46,337 nucleotides of DNA from an uncultured Candidatus Saccharibacteria bacterium (GTDB lineage Bacteria > Patescibacteriota > Minisyncoccia > Phycocordibacterales > JACOZG01), in assembly GCA_964651115.1 (NCBI GenBank), contig CAZYXJ010000002.1, positions 1 to 46,337 of the forward strand, in the 5' to 3' direction. Positions 34,280-42,754 of this stretch are shown here, in pieces. Position 1 is the stretch's first letter. Each line of letters starts with the position of its first letter. A program made the position numbers and the translations under genes. Under the pieces are notes generated by a model that saw only the letters and a list, made by a program, of their open reading frames with translations, was not told where the DNA came from and did no database searches.

Positions 34280-37081
34280 ATGAAACACGAAAGCCCGTTG
34301 GTCGGTGGCTTTTTCTTGGTCGCGCTAGCGATGTTTAGTTTCTTGGTGGCGCCCGGATTTGTCGCGGCCGCGCCGGCGCTCACGATTAATTATCAAGGCA
34401 AGTTGGCAGACGATAACGGCGCTGTTGTGACCGACGGTACTTACAATATGCGCTTCAAGCTTTATACTGCCGCCTCGGGCGGTAGCCCGGTTTGGACGGA
34501 GACGTGGTGCCACACCCTGGCAAATGATTGTACGGGGCCTTACGTTGACGGCGAAGATATCATTTCTAATGATCAGCGCGTGGAGGTGGCTGATGGCCTT
34601 TTTTCGCTGATGTTGGGGACCCAAACTTCTTTAAGCGCGGTTAATTTTGATCAGCCACTCTACCTAAGCGTCGAGATTGGAGGGACTTCGGAAGTTGCGG
34701 CCGAAGGGTGGGATGGCGAAATGTCGCCGCGCAAGCCGCTCGGCTCCGTGCCCTCGGCGTTTATCGCCCAGAGGTTGAATGGTTTGTCGTCTTCTCAATT
34801 CTTGCGCTCTGATGCCACCAATGCTACTTCGACAACGAACACCGCTTTGGTGATCAACCAACAAGGATTGGGAGCGTTGATCGATTTACAAGACGGTGGC
34901 GTGTCGGCCTTTAAAATTTTGGATGGCGGTAACGTGGGGATCGGCACAAGTACTCCTTACGCCAAGTTGTCGGTGGTGGGCGAGACAGTCAGTACTTATT
35001 TTACGGCGACCTCGACGACCGCCACTTCAACTTTTGCGGGCGGAGTCTCGGCTGGTGCTCTGGAAGTGACGGGCGCGGCTACCTCAACTTTTGCTGGCGG
35101 AATTAATTTAACGACGGGGTGTTTCGCGATTTCTGGCAATTGTGTCGGCGGAGCCGGTGGCGGTTCGGGAACGGTTGGGAGCGGTACCACGGGACAGACT
35201 TCTTACTATGCTGGCAACGGAACTTCGGTTACCGCGACCTCGACCATTTTTATTGGTACCACCAGTTACGTTGGTATTGGCACGGCGTCGCCGTCTTACC
35301 AACTTTCGCTGGCCGCTGATTCAAAGATTGGTATCGGTAGTTTGGCGGCTTTATACATTCCTAATCAAACCAGTTTCGTCGGTAGCTTTTTTGTTGGCGA
35401 TGGCGGCGCGAGTTTGGTCAGCGCCGGAGCTAACCAGGGTGACCACAACACTGGCGTAGGTATTGGCGCGGCCAACGCCCTAACTAGTGGTTATCAGAAT
35501 ACGGCCATCGGTTACCAATCTTTGCATCTGGCGACGTCATCAATTCAAAACACTGCTTTGGGTTATTTAGCTCTCCGCAATACCACTAGCGGTAGCGGCA
35601 ACGTGGGCCTGGGTGTTGGCACTCTTTCCAACAACAGTACTGGTAGCAACAACATGGGTATTGGTAGCAACACTTTGGTTACGAACACTTCTGGTTCGGA
35701 AAACGTTGGTCTTGGTTATCAGGCGATGCGTCTTAATAGTACGGGAAGTTATAATGTGGGTATTGGTAGTGAGGCGTTGTATAACAGTACGGTGACTGGC
35801 AGTGTGGCGGTTGGTTATCGAGCCCTCTATAGTGCCTCAAGTGGTTCTTACAACACCGCCGTTGGTTATCAGGCGGGTAAGGGAGCTAGTGCCCACACGA
35901 CTACGGGTGGCGTCTTTATCGGTTACAACGCGGGAGCGGCGATTACAACGGGCGCGACCAACAACACCATTATTGGCGCGGGATCTGGTGAGACGGTCAG
36001 CTCAGGTAACGGCAATATTTTGATCGGTTACCAGACGGCCAATAATCTTACTAGTGGCTCGCGCAATATCGCCATTGGTTATGACATTGATATTACTAAT
36101 TCGACGGGTAGTAACCAGTTAAATATCGGCAACTTTATTTTTGGAACGGGGATTGACGGTACGGCCGGTACGGTCAGTAATGCAAAGATCGGAATCGGTA
36201 CTACGACCCCCGTCTCTACGCTCTCGGTTCAGGGCTCGCTCTGTGTTCGCGATGATGGTTCTTGTGGCACCACGGCGGGGACGATTTACGCCACAACGGC
36301 GGCCATTTCGGACATTGACGTGGCTGAAAATTTTCCGACCCAGGATGAAACCTTGTCGGCGGGAGAAATTGTCTCGGTTGACCCTGGTGCTGATGAGCAC
36401 ATTAAGCGAGCCGAGAGCGGCGAAGTGGTGGTGGGAGTTGTTTCGACTCAGCCGGGATTGTTGTTGGGGAAAGAATTTTCCTCCGGTCGGCCGGTAGCTT
36501 TGGCGGGTCGCGTGCCGGTAAAGGTTAACGACGAAGGTGGTCCGATTGAGCCCGGTGATTTGATTGCTCTGTCTACCGTCCCGGGAGTTGGTCGCAAGGC
36601 GACGACGAGTGATGAGGTGACGGTCGGCGTGGCGCTGGGATCATTAAATGATTCAACCGGCGAAGTGGTGGTCTTTGTGAGTTTGGAACGTCAGCGCTTG
36701 GCTGACCAGCAGTTATTTGCGGATCGACCGGAGGCGGAGGTTAAATTACGCGAATTAGTCTCTTCTCTGGGCGAGTGGAGCTTATCGGTGGAAGGCATTT
36801 TAACGGTTAAAGAAATCCGGGCTGATCGTCTTTGTTTGGGGGAGACTTGTATTGGTCAAAATGAGCTCGATCGAATTTTGAGACGTTTGAATATTGATGA
36901 ACCAGAATCAACGCCTGATCCGGAACCCGAACCTGAACCCGAACCTGAACCGGAACCTGATCCTGAACCAGAACCAGAAGTTACCCCCGAACCAGAGACC
37001 ACTTCTGATCCGGAGCCAGAACCAGAACCAGAGCCTGGAGTTGTCGTTGACGAAGAGCCAACTTCTGAGCCAGCAGTCTAA
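34280..37081 (+). CDS. Secreted fibre/adhesin-like protein with YadA-head-like repeats and a Pro-Glu tail
   Basis: Signal peptide. There are three (V/I)GIGT(S/T)xP...LS(V/L) motifs and ~14-15-aa repeats of the type NTAxGYxAL..NTTGSxNVGxG (about nt 35460-36110). The C-terminal tail is (PE)n. Confidence 0.6.
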   Translation: MKHESPLVGGFFLVALAMFSFLVAPGFVAAAPALTINYQGKLADDNGAVVTDGTYNMRFKLYTAASGGSPVWTETWCHTLANDCTGPYVDGEDIISNDQRVEVADGLFSLMLGTQTSLSAVNFDQPLYLSVEIGGTSEVAAEGWDGEMSPRKPLGSVPSAFIAQRLNGLSSSQFLRSDATNATSTTNTALVINQQGLGALIDLQDGGVSAFKILDGGNVGIGTSTPYAKLSVVGETVSTYFTATSTTATSTFAGGVSAGALEVTGAATSTFAGGINLTTGCFAISGNCVGGAGGGSGTVGSGTTGQTSYYAGNGTSVTATSTIFIGTTSYVGIGTASPSYQLSLAADSKIGIGSLAALYIPNQTSFVGSFFVGDGGASLVSAGANQGDHNTGVGIGAANALTSGYQNTAIGYQSLHLATSSIQNTALGYLALRNTTSGSGNVGLGVGTLSNNSTGSNNMGIGSNTLVTNTSGSENVGLGYQAMRLNSTGSYNVGIGSEALYNSTVTGSVAVGYRALYSASSGSYNTAVGYQAGKGASAHTTTGGVFIGYNAGAAITTGATNNTIIGAGSGETVSSGNGNILIGYQTANNLTSGSRNIAIGYDIDITNSTGSNQLNIGNFIFGTGIDGTAGTVSNAKIGIGTTTPVSTLSVQGSLCVRDDGSCGTTAGTIYATTAAISDIDVAENFPTQDETLSAGEIVSVDPGADEHIKRAESGEVVVGVVSTQPGLLLGKEFSSGRPVALAGRVPVKVNDEGGPIEPGDLIALSTVPGVGRKATTSDEVTVGVALGSLNDSTGEVVVFVSLERQRLADQQLFADRPEAEVKLRELVSSLGEWSLSVEGILTVKEIRADRLCLGETCIGQNELDRILRRLNIDEPESTPDPEPEPEPEPEPEPDPEPEPEVTPEPETTSDPEPEPEPEPGVVVDEEPTSEPAV
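36914..37036 (+). repeat. Imperfect hexanucleotide (GAACCN)n tract encoding Pro-Glu/Pro-Asp repeats
   Basis: cctgatccggaacccgaacctgaacccgaacctgaaccggaacct... read directly. Confidence 0.9.
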
Positions 37082-37102
37082 AGGACATCGTTTCTATAGG
37101 AC

Positions 37103-37127
37103 AAACGGCCCGTTTGGGCCGTTTTTT
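37103..37127 (+). terminator. Rho-independent terminator
   Basis: aaacggccc-gttt-gggccgttt followed by ttt. Confidence 0.75.
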
Positions 37128-37130
37128 CGA

Positions 37131-37157
37131 CCCCCTTTTCCGGCCGGAAAAAGGGGG
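37131..37157. repeat. Near-perfect palindrome built on C5/G8 homopolymer runs
   Basis: cccccttttccgg / ccggaaaaaggggg, followed by more G residues and an A8 run. Confidence 0.85.
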
Positions 37158-37290
37158 GGGTGCCCAAAAAAAAGAAAAGATCCTTACCCTTCACAAAATC
37201 TTCATATCGTGTTAGTAGTTATAGCTAGGACATTAGCTCTTTGACTGGCTCTTTTTTGTTTGTGACCGGTTTTTTATTTTTTACTTGTCC

Positions 37291-38853
37291 ATGGCAAAAA
37301 AGAGCTATATTCGCTCAATTCTCAAGAAGTGTGTTGTCCTCGGTTTGGCCGGGGCCCTTTTTGTGTCTGCCGGACAAGTAGTTTGGGCGCAAGAAGTAAC
37401 GTCAAGTGAGGTGAGCGTGGCCGCGGTAAGTTCCGAGGCGCCAGCGTCTGCTGAGTCATCGACGAGCGAAACTCCTGCTTCGGCTGATGATGAGGACGAC
37501 CAATCGGCTCCAGAACCCACCCCAGAACCTACGTCAGAATCAGCTTCGGAAATTACTCAGGAAGTGAGTCCGGTTGCCGGGCCAGTAGTAACCGAAACGG
37601 TGACTGAGCCGGTAACGGAACCTGAGACTCAAGCAGTTGTTGAGTCGGTGGCTGAGGTGGCCGAGGTGATGGAAGTTGCCGAATCAGCCCCCGAGCTTCG
37701 TTCTGAGACTCAGCCAGAAGTGGTGGCAGTGGCCGCCGTGGTGGTAGAGACGGTGGTTAGTGCTGAGGTCTCGACGGCGACGGGTTCCGTTCCTCCCCCG
37801 ATTGCTGGTGGTGAGGTGGCGGTAAGTGCCGAAGTTTCGGCGACCACGCTTGGAGCTAGCGGGCCAGCGACGGAGATCGCGATTAGCCCCGAGGTGAGCG
37901 CGACCACTCTTTCAGCGGGTGGTCCGGGATCAGATCCCGAGATTGCGATTAGTGGCGAATATTCTTTCACTACTCTCGGCAATGGCGGACCAACCACGGA
38001 GATCGCGGTTAGCGGCGAGTATTCCTTCACCACCCTTGACGACGACGATGGACCTGGGGGTGGTGGCGGTGGCGGCCGACGCCGTCGCAGTTCTCCACGC
38101 GGGGAGGTCTTGGGTGAGGTTCTGCCCTGTGGCGAATGGTTGTCTAAGTACATTCGTTATGGTTGGAACAATGACCCCTTCGAAGTCCTTAAGCTTCAAT
38201 ATTTCTTGCGTACCTTTGAGGGTTTCGAGGTTGGCTTGACTGGTGTTTATGACGAACCCACGCTCCAGGCGGTGATGATTTTCCAGCGCCGCTACAGCGA
38301 TGATGTTTTGAATCCTTGGGGTTTGTCGGTAGATCAGCCTACGGGTTTCGTGTTTATCACGACCAAGTTGGCTATCAACAATATCTACTGTAACCGTAGC
38401 ACCGACACCGATCTCGACTTGCGCCACATCTACGATCACTATGGACCGGTTGGCCTGATTGTGGATAAGGAGGGCGCCGGTAACTACGTGGCCGGACCCG
38501 TCACTGTGGCGACGAGTACTTGGGAGTATGCTCCTGAGCCGACTCGCGGTTGGTTGGGTGCCGCCGCTGTTGGGTTGCTCGATTTTATAAAGGACAAAGC
38601 CGCCTTACTATTTATTTTAATTTTGGCGGCGGCAATTGCCGTGCTCTGGTATCTTTTAATGCATTCTTATAAACAACGAGAAGATTTGGCGGAGGAGTAC
38701 TATTCGACCATCCCACCGCCGGTAGTGGTGCCTAAGGAAGAGGTGGTTGAAGTGCGGGTGCGCGATGAAGAAATTTCGGCAGCTGACCTGAACGAGGCCG
38801 CGGTGGCGGATCGAGACCAGTCTGCCGGGAACGACCCCGTTGACAAAAAGTAA
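37291..38853 (+). CDS. Acidic repeat protein with a PG-binding-like domain and a C-terminal TM anchor
   Basis: Signal or anchor sequence, an S/E/T/P/V-rich acidic region, 4 tandem ~20-aa repeats, G7-R4, a domain LKLQYFLRTFEGF..GVYDEPTLQAVMIFQRRY, a C-terminal TM segment and a charged tail. Confidence 0.6.
   Translation: MAKKSYIRSILKKCVVLGLAGALFVSAGQVVWAQEVTSSEVSVAAVSSEAPASAESSTSETPASADDEDDQSAPEPTPEPTSESASEITQEVSPVAGPVVTETVTEPVTEPETQAVVESVAEVAEVMEVAESAPELRSETQPEVVAVAAVVVETVVSAEVSTATGSVPPPIAGGEVAVSAEVSATTLGASGPATEIAISPEVSATTLSAGGPGSDPEIAISGEYSFTTLGNGGPTTEIAVSGEYSFTTLDDDDGPGGGGGGGRRRRSSPRGEVLGEVLPCGEWLSKYIRYGWNNDPFEVLKLQYFLRTFEGFEVGLTGVYDEPTLQAVMIFQRRYSDDVLNPWGLSVDQPTGFVFITTKLAINNIYCNRSTDTDLDLRHIYDHYGPVGLIVDKEGAGNYVAGPVTVATSTWEYAPEPTRGWLGAAAVGLLDFIKDKAALLFILILAAAIAVLWYLLMHSYKQREDLAEEYYSTIPPPVVVPKEEVVEVRVRDEEISAADLNEAAVADRDQSAGNDPVDKK
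37831..38040 (+). repeat. Four tandem 60-66-nt repeats inside the CDS
   Basis: Units start at 37831, 37891, 37957 and 38017 and encode E(V/Y)S(A/F)TTL..GP..EIA(I/V)S(P/G). Confidence 0.85.
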
Positions 38854-38942
38854 AATTCGGGGTAGTTGTTAGATCTGAGGCACGCGTTGTGCTTCAGTGT
38901 TCATTGAAATTTGCGGGAATTCACAGAAAGCGGAGGTGTTCC

Positions 38943-40223
38943 ATGACGACGAGGATTGGTTTCGCAGGATTGGTGGGGTTGTTGGCTGGCTTGGCTGGCT
39001 GCCAACCGGCACCGGTCGCCACAACGGTCCAAGTAAAAGTCGGCGAGCGCCTGCTCGCCACGGGGGAAGAGGTTCGCGTGCGCCAGGGAGACTCTCTCGT
39101 TCTCGAGGCGGTGACGACTGGGGCGGTGGCTGGCTACGACTGGGAGGTGCCGACCGACGCGTCGATGCGGCATAACAGCCCGGATCTGCCGTGGCTGTTT
39201 CGGGATGCGGGCCGTCACCTCATCAAGGTGACAGCCTTCAGTCCGTTCGGTGGAGCTTTCAATGGCTTCACCAGCATCTGGGTCGTCGTCGACCCGGTGC
39301 CTCAGCCGGTTGTGGTTGTGGGTCCTGGCGGTGAGACTCCACCGGTGCCCATCGTCCTCGACCTGGGGCGAATCATCGTCACGGGAGGTGGACTCTGGAT
39401 CCCGGCGGAAAATCTCTTCGAGGTTGAGCCGGGCCAGGAGTTCGTGCTCGACCTCTCGGGCGCCTGCTCGGGCGGCACGGGTCCTTATGGCTTTGTGGTG
39501 ACGGGACCAGGTGGGGTGATTTGGGGCACTTCGCCTCGGATTGTCCGAATCTTGCCGGCAGGAAGTGGTGACGTGTACTTGACGATCCGCGTCACCGACG
39601 GCCGCGGTCAGGTTCGCGAGTTTGTGATCCTGATCCGCGTCCGCGGCGGCGGTAGCAACCCGCCGCCGTGCACCTTGCCGGTGCTGGCCCTGTCGGGCCC
39701 GTCCGCGGTCAAAGCTGGCGAGAGCATCTCGCTGGCTTACCAGGCGAGTGCGGGCACTCTCGCCCTGTCGTCGTCGCCGGCCATCCCGGGACTGCCGTCG
39801 GTGCCGAGCAGTAGTCCAATCGTCATCCCGACGACGGGATTACTGGGGACGTACCGCTTAACTCTCCGCTTGACCAATAGTTGTGGAAGCGTGGAGAAGT
39901 CCCTTGACGTGGCGGTACAAAACGAGCCGCCCACCATGACTTACCCGACAGTGGTGATCAGCGCGCCCGCGCAAGATACCACCGTCAAGGTCGGTCAGGC
40001 GGTCACCTTCACGGCGCAGGTGATTGGAGGTACGCCGCCGTACAGCTATAACTGGCTGTTTAGTGATGGCGATACACCTCCCACCACCAGTAGTTCCTCG
40101 GTGGTCAAGGTGTTTAATCGCGCCACGGCCGGGCAGTTTCCCTTCGACCAGTATCTCGAGGTTCGAGATAGTCAGGGGAGGAAAAGCCTGGTGGCGACGG
40201 TTCGGGTCCGAGTCGTCCCGTAA
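38943..40223 (+). CDS. PKD/Ig-like repeat lipoprotein with high-GC codon usage (probable foreign origin)
   Basis: GGAGG 7 nt upstream. Lipobox LLAGLAGC. PKD signature GGTPPYSYNWLFSDGD. ATC, CTC, GTC and CCG codons dominate, unlike the neighbouring genes. Confidence 0.7.
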   Translation: MTTRIGFAGLVGLLAGLAGCQPAPVATTVQVKVGERLLATGEEVRVRQGDSLVLEAVTTGAVAGYDWEVPTDASMRHNSPDLPWLFRDAGRHLIKVTAFSPFGGAFNGFTSIWVVVDPVPQPVVVVGPGGETPPVPIVLDLGRIIVTGGGLWIPAENLFEVEPGQEFVLDLSGACSGGTGPYGFVVTGPGGVIWGTSPRIVRILPAGSGDVYLTIRVTDGRGQVREFVILIRVRGGGSNPPPCTLPVLALSGPSAVKAGESISLAYQASAGTLALSSSPAIPGLPSVPSSSPIVIPTTGLLGTYRLTLRLTNSCGSVEKSLDVAVQNEPPTMTYPTVVISAPAQDTTVKVGQAVTFTAQVIGGTPPYSYNWLFSDGDTPPTTSSSSVVKVFNRATAGQFPFDQYLEVRDSQGRKSLVATVRVRVVP

Positions 40224-40255
40224 CCGTAAACCATTTTGCTCTTTTGTTTTTTTCT

Positions 40256-40292
40256 GCCCCCACTTCGGCTTTAGCCAAGTGGGGGCTTTTTT
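40256..40292 (+). terminator. Rho-independent terminator
   Basis: gcccccactt / aagtgggggc followed by tttttt. Confidence 0.85.
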
Positions 40293-40383
40293 CATGCAAT
40301 CTTCAGGTTAGTAAACTAGGGTGAGGGCTTAAGCGGTTTGAGCTTGACCTTGCTTTTTTATCAGAATGTGTTAAACATAGGGT

Positions 40384-40995
40384 ATGAAAAATTACAAACA
40401 AGTAGCAATTTGGGCTTTGGTTTTAGCTTTAGTTTTGGGTGCCACGGTGGCCGTATCGGCTCAGACGGCACTGCAGGCTAACATTTTGGGGCCAGCTAAC
40501 GGCTCTTCTTACGCCGTTGGTCAGCTCGTTTCTTTTGGCGCTTCGGCCGAGGGTGGCAGCGCGCCTTACGTTTATAACTGGGATTTTGGTGATGGCACGA
40601 GTCAGTCGGGTCAATCTTTTGACCGGGCTTACACTCAAGCCGGCAGCCGAACGGTTAAGCTGACGGTGACGGACTTTACTGGTGCCACGGCTGAGGCGAC
40701 TCGCAATCTGACGATTACTGGCGGGACGAGCAATCCGCTCACGATCTCTAATGTTCGCGTAACGGACGTGACCAAGAACAGTGCCGTGGTTCGTTGGACG
40801 ACTAATAAGCCAGCGACGAGTCGGGTCATCTACGATACGGTTTCCCACGCTACTTTGGGAAGCGCGCCTGATTATGGTTATGCCAATACTACTGGGACGA
40901 CTGATGTCGACACCAAGGTGACGGAGCACGCGGTAACGGTTAGCGGTTTGTCTAGCCAGACGACCTACTACTTCCGAGTGATTTCTGAGGCCTAA
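40384..40995 (+). CDS. Secreted PKD-domain plus FN3-like domain protein
   Basis: Signal peptide. GGSAPYVYNWDFGDGT...VKLTVTD is a PKD block. ISNVRVTDVTKNSAVVRWTT...TTYYFRV is FN3-like. Confidence 0.65.
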   Translation: MKNYKQVAIWALVLALVLGATVAVSAQTALQANILGPANGSSYAVGQLVSFGASAEGGSAPYVYNWDFGDGTSQSGQSFDRAYTQAGSRTVKLTVTDFTGATAEATRNLTITGGTSNPLTISNVRVTDVTKNSAVVRWTTNKPATSRVIYDTVSHATLGSAPDYGYANTTGTTDVDTKVTEHAVTVSGLSSQTTYYFRVISEA

Positions 40996-41022
40996 GCCCT
41001 CTTGCTTCGGGTTTGTGGTTTG

Positions 41023-41060
41023 CAAAACTCCGCCTAGAACTTAGGCGGAGTTTTGTTTAT
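41023..41060 (+). terminator. Terminator-like 13-bp perfect hairpin
   Basis: caaaactccgcct-agaactt-aggcggagttttg followed by tttat. Confidence 0.6.
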
Positions 41061-41069
41061 AGTGGGGCG

Positions 41070-42032
41070 ATGACCCGCCGCCAGTGGCAAAAATTATTCC
41101 CCCAAGCCCAGCTTAACTTCCCGATTAGCCGGGTTACTACCTTTGGCGTTGGTGGCGTGGTGGCGGCTTATTTACCAGTCGAAACGCCTGAGGCCCTGAT
41201 GTCGGCGGTGATTCGCGCCCAGCAAGCGAAAGTTAAATATTTAGTTTTGGCGGGAGGCAGTAATGTGGTGTTTGCTGATCGCCGCTACGCTGGTTTGGTC
41301 ATTCATTATTATTCACCCCAGGCGGCTTGTTTAGTCGGCAATGACTCGTTAACTTGTAACGCTGGGGCCAAGTTGTCGACCTTGGTGGCCAGTGCCGTCG
41401 ACGCCGGCTTGGCGGGCTTGGAATCATTGTCGGGGATCCCGGGGACGGTAGGCGGAGCTATCGTTGGTAACGCTGGGGCCTATGGCCAAGCGATTTCTGA
41501 TCACCTGGCTTGGGTGGAAGTTTTTGATTCAACGAAACAGAAAACCAAAATTTTGTCGGTCCAGGAATGCCGGTTTGCTTATCGCGACAGCATCTTTAAA
41601 CATCGTCCGTGGTTGGTGTTGCGGGCTAATTTTAAATTAACCCCTGGCGCGGCGGCTGATTTGCGGCGACGTTCTCAGGAAATTATTGCGGCCCGTGAGA
41701 AAAAATATCCTCCCGGCTTGCGCTGTCCTGGCAGCTTCTTTAAAAACGTTAGAGTGGCCGAAGTGTCTAAAAAATCTCTTCGTTTAATCGACACCAGCAA
41801 AATTATCGAGGGCAAAATTCCGGCTGGTTACTTGTTGGAGGCGGTGGGCGCCAAGGGGCGGCAGGTGGGTGGGGTGCTGGTTTCGGATGTCCACGGTAAT
41901 CTGATCGTTAATGTGGGCCGGGCTCGCTGGGGGGAGGTGCGACGCCTGGCCGAGCAACTTAGGCGGGCCGTATTTAAGCGTTTCGGCATTGTTTTAGAAG
42001 AAGAGGTCCGTTATCTGGGAGGAGTTCGTTAA
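41070..42032 (+). CDS. murB: UDP-N-acetylenolpyruvoylglucosamine reductase
   Basis: TFGVGGVVAAY, LVLAGGSNVVFAD and GIPGTVGGAIVGNAGAYG. Start trimmed to ATG 41070, after the hairpin and 6 nt after TATAGT. Confidence 0.85.
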   Translation: MTRRQWQKLFPQAQLNFPISRVTTFGVGGVVAAYLPVETPEALMSAVIRAQQAKVKYLVLAGGSNVVFADRRYAGLVIHYYSPQAACLVGNDSLTCNAGAKLSTLVASAVDAGLAGLESLSGIPGTVGGAIVGNAGAYGQAISDHLAWVEVFDSTKQKTKILSVQECRFAYRDSIFKHRPWLVLRANFKLTPGAAADLRRRSQEIIAAREKKYPPGLRCPGSFFKNVRVAEVSKKSLRLIDTSKIIEGKIPAGYLLEAVGAKGRQVGGVLVSDVHGNLIVNVGRARWGEVRRLAEQLRRAVFKRFGIVLEEEVRYLGGVR

Positions 42033-42034
42033 TA

Positions 42035-42043
42035 TGTTATAAT
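42035..42043 (+). promoter_or_regulatory. Extended -10 promoter, leaderless geometry
   Basis: TGtTATAAT ends 7 nt before ATG 42051. Confidence 0.5.
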
Positions 42044-42050
42044 CGGCATT

Positions 42051-42506
42051 ATGACTGGATCCAGCGTGGTGGGGATTATGAGTGTGCTTTTAATCGTTGG
42101 CTTGGGGGCGACTATTTTGCTCCGCCAGCCCGTCGAACCTATGACTAATATTCCTGATGCTTTGTCGTCGTCCCTAACTCCCCCGATTGGTGGTTACGAG
42201 CTTGTGCCGCCAGCGGGTTATGAGTTGTTTGGTCAGATTGATTTTGGCGCACCGACGACCTGGATTAAAGCGGTGGGCCCGGCTAGTCCGGTGGCCAGCG
42301 AGGGCCCCGGCGCGCCCCACTCATTTATTACCGTTGTTCCTTTGCCGGTAGTCGGCGGCGAGGAGGTGCTCAAAGAACATTTGACGATTGATCCGGCGAC
42401 CTATGGTCAGGTGGTGGAAAGTGGTGAGCGCCGCTATTTGATTTATGGTCGAGCAGCCGATCGGGCGGAGATTGAGTCGGCCATCGCTTCGTTTAAAATT
42501 AATTAA
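42051..42506 (+). CDS. Membrane-anchored hypothetical protein
   Basis: One N-terminal TM segment and no recognisable family. Confidence 0.5.
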   Translation: MTGSSVVGIMSVLLIVGLGATILLRQPVEPMTNIPDALSSSLTPPIGGYELVPPAGYELFGQIDFGAPTTWIKAVGPASPVASEGPGAPHSFITVVPLPVVGGEEVLKEHLTIDPATYGQVVESGERRYLIYGRAADRAEIESAIASFKIN

Positions 42507-42516
42507 GTTTAAACTT

Positions 42517-42744
42517 ATGGACAATAAAACTACCATTAGTACGCTAGTGATTCTTTTAATTTTGGGTGCTTTTTATGTGATTTTGATGGCGGCGCGAAAT
42601 CTAACGCCTGAGCGACCAGTGCCGCCAGTTGGTGAGGGCGAGCCAATTTTTTGCACGATGGACGCCAAGATCTGTCCGGATGGTTCCGCGGTTGGTCGCG
42701 TGCCGCCAACTTGCGAATTTGCCGCTTGCCCCACGGGGATGTAA
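42517..42744 (+). CDS. Small membrane-anchored Cys-rich protein
   Basis: 75 aa with one TM segment, then CTMDAKICPDGSAVGRVPPTCEFAACP (4 Cys). Start trimmed to ATG 42517. Confidence 0.5.
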   Translation: MDNKTTISTLVILLILGAFYVILMAARNLTPERPVPPVGEGEPIFCTMDAKICPDGSAVGRVPPTCEFAACPTGM

Positions 42745-42754
42745 GTTTATTAAC

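Noticed and set aside
36894-37244. ORF 36894-37244 (+), with an NPNLNPNL repeat product.
   Set aside because: It is an out-of-frame reading of the PE-repeat tract that continues across two hairpins. It is an artefact of the hexanucleotide periodicity.
38897-41025. Multiple antisense or alternative-frame ORFs (38901-39218 -, 39858-40295 -, 40429-41025 -, 38897-39175 +, 40024-40311 + and others).
   Set aside because: These are typical stop-codon-poor shadow frames of GC-rich coding sequence. Their products are Arg/Pro/Gly-rich, and the frame called here has a lipobox, PKD motifs and proper signals.
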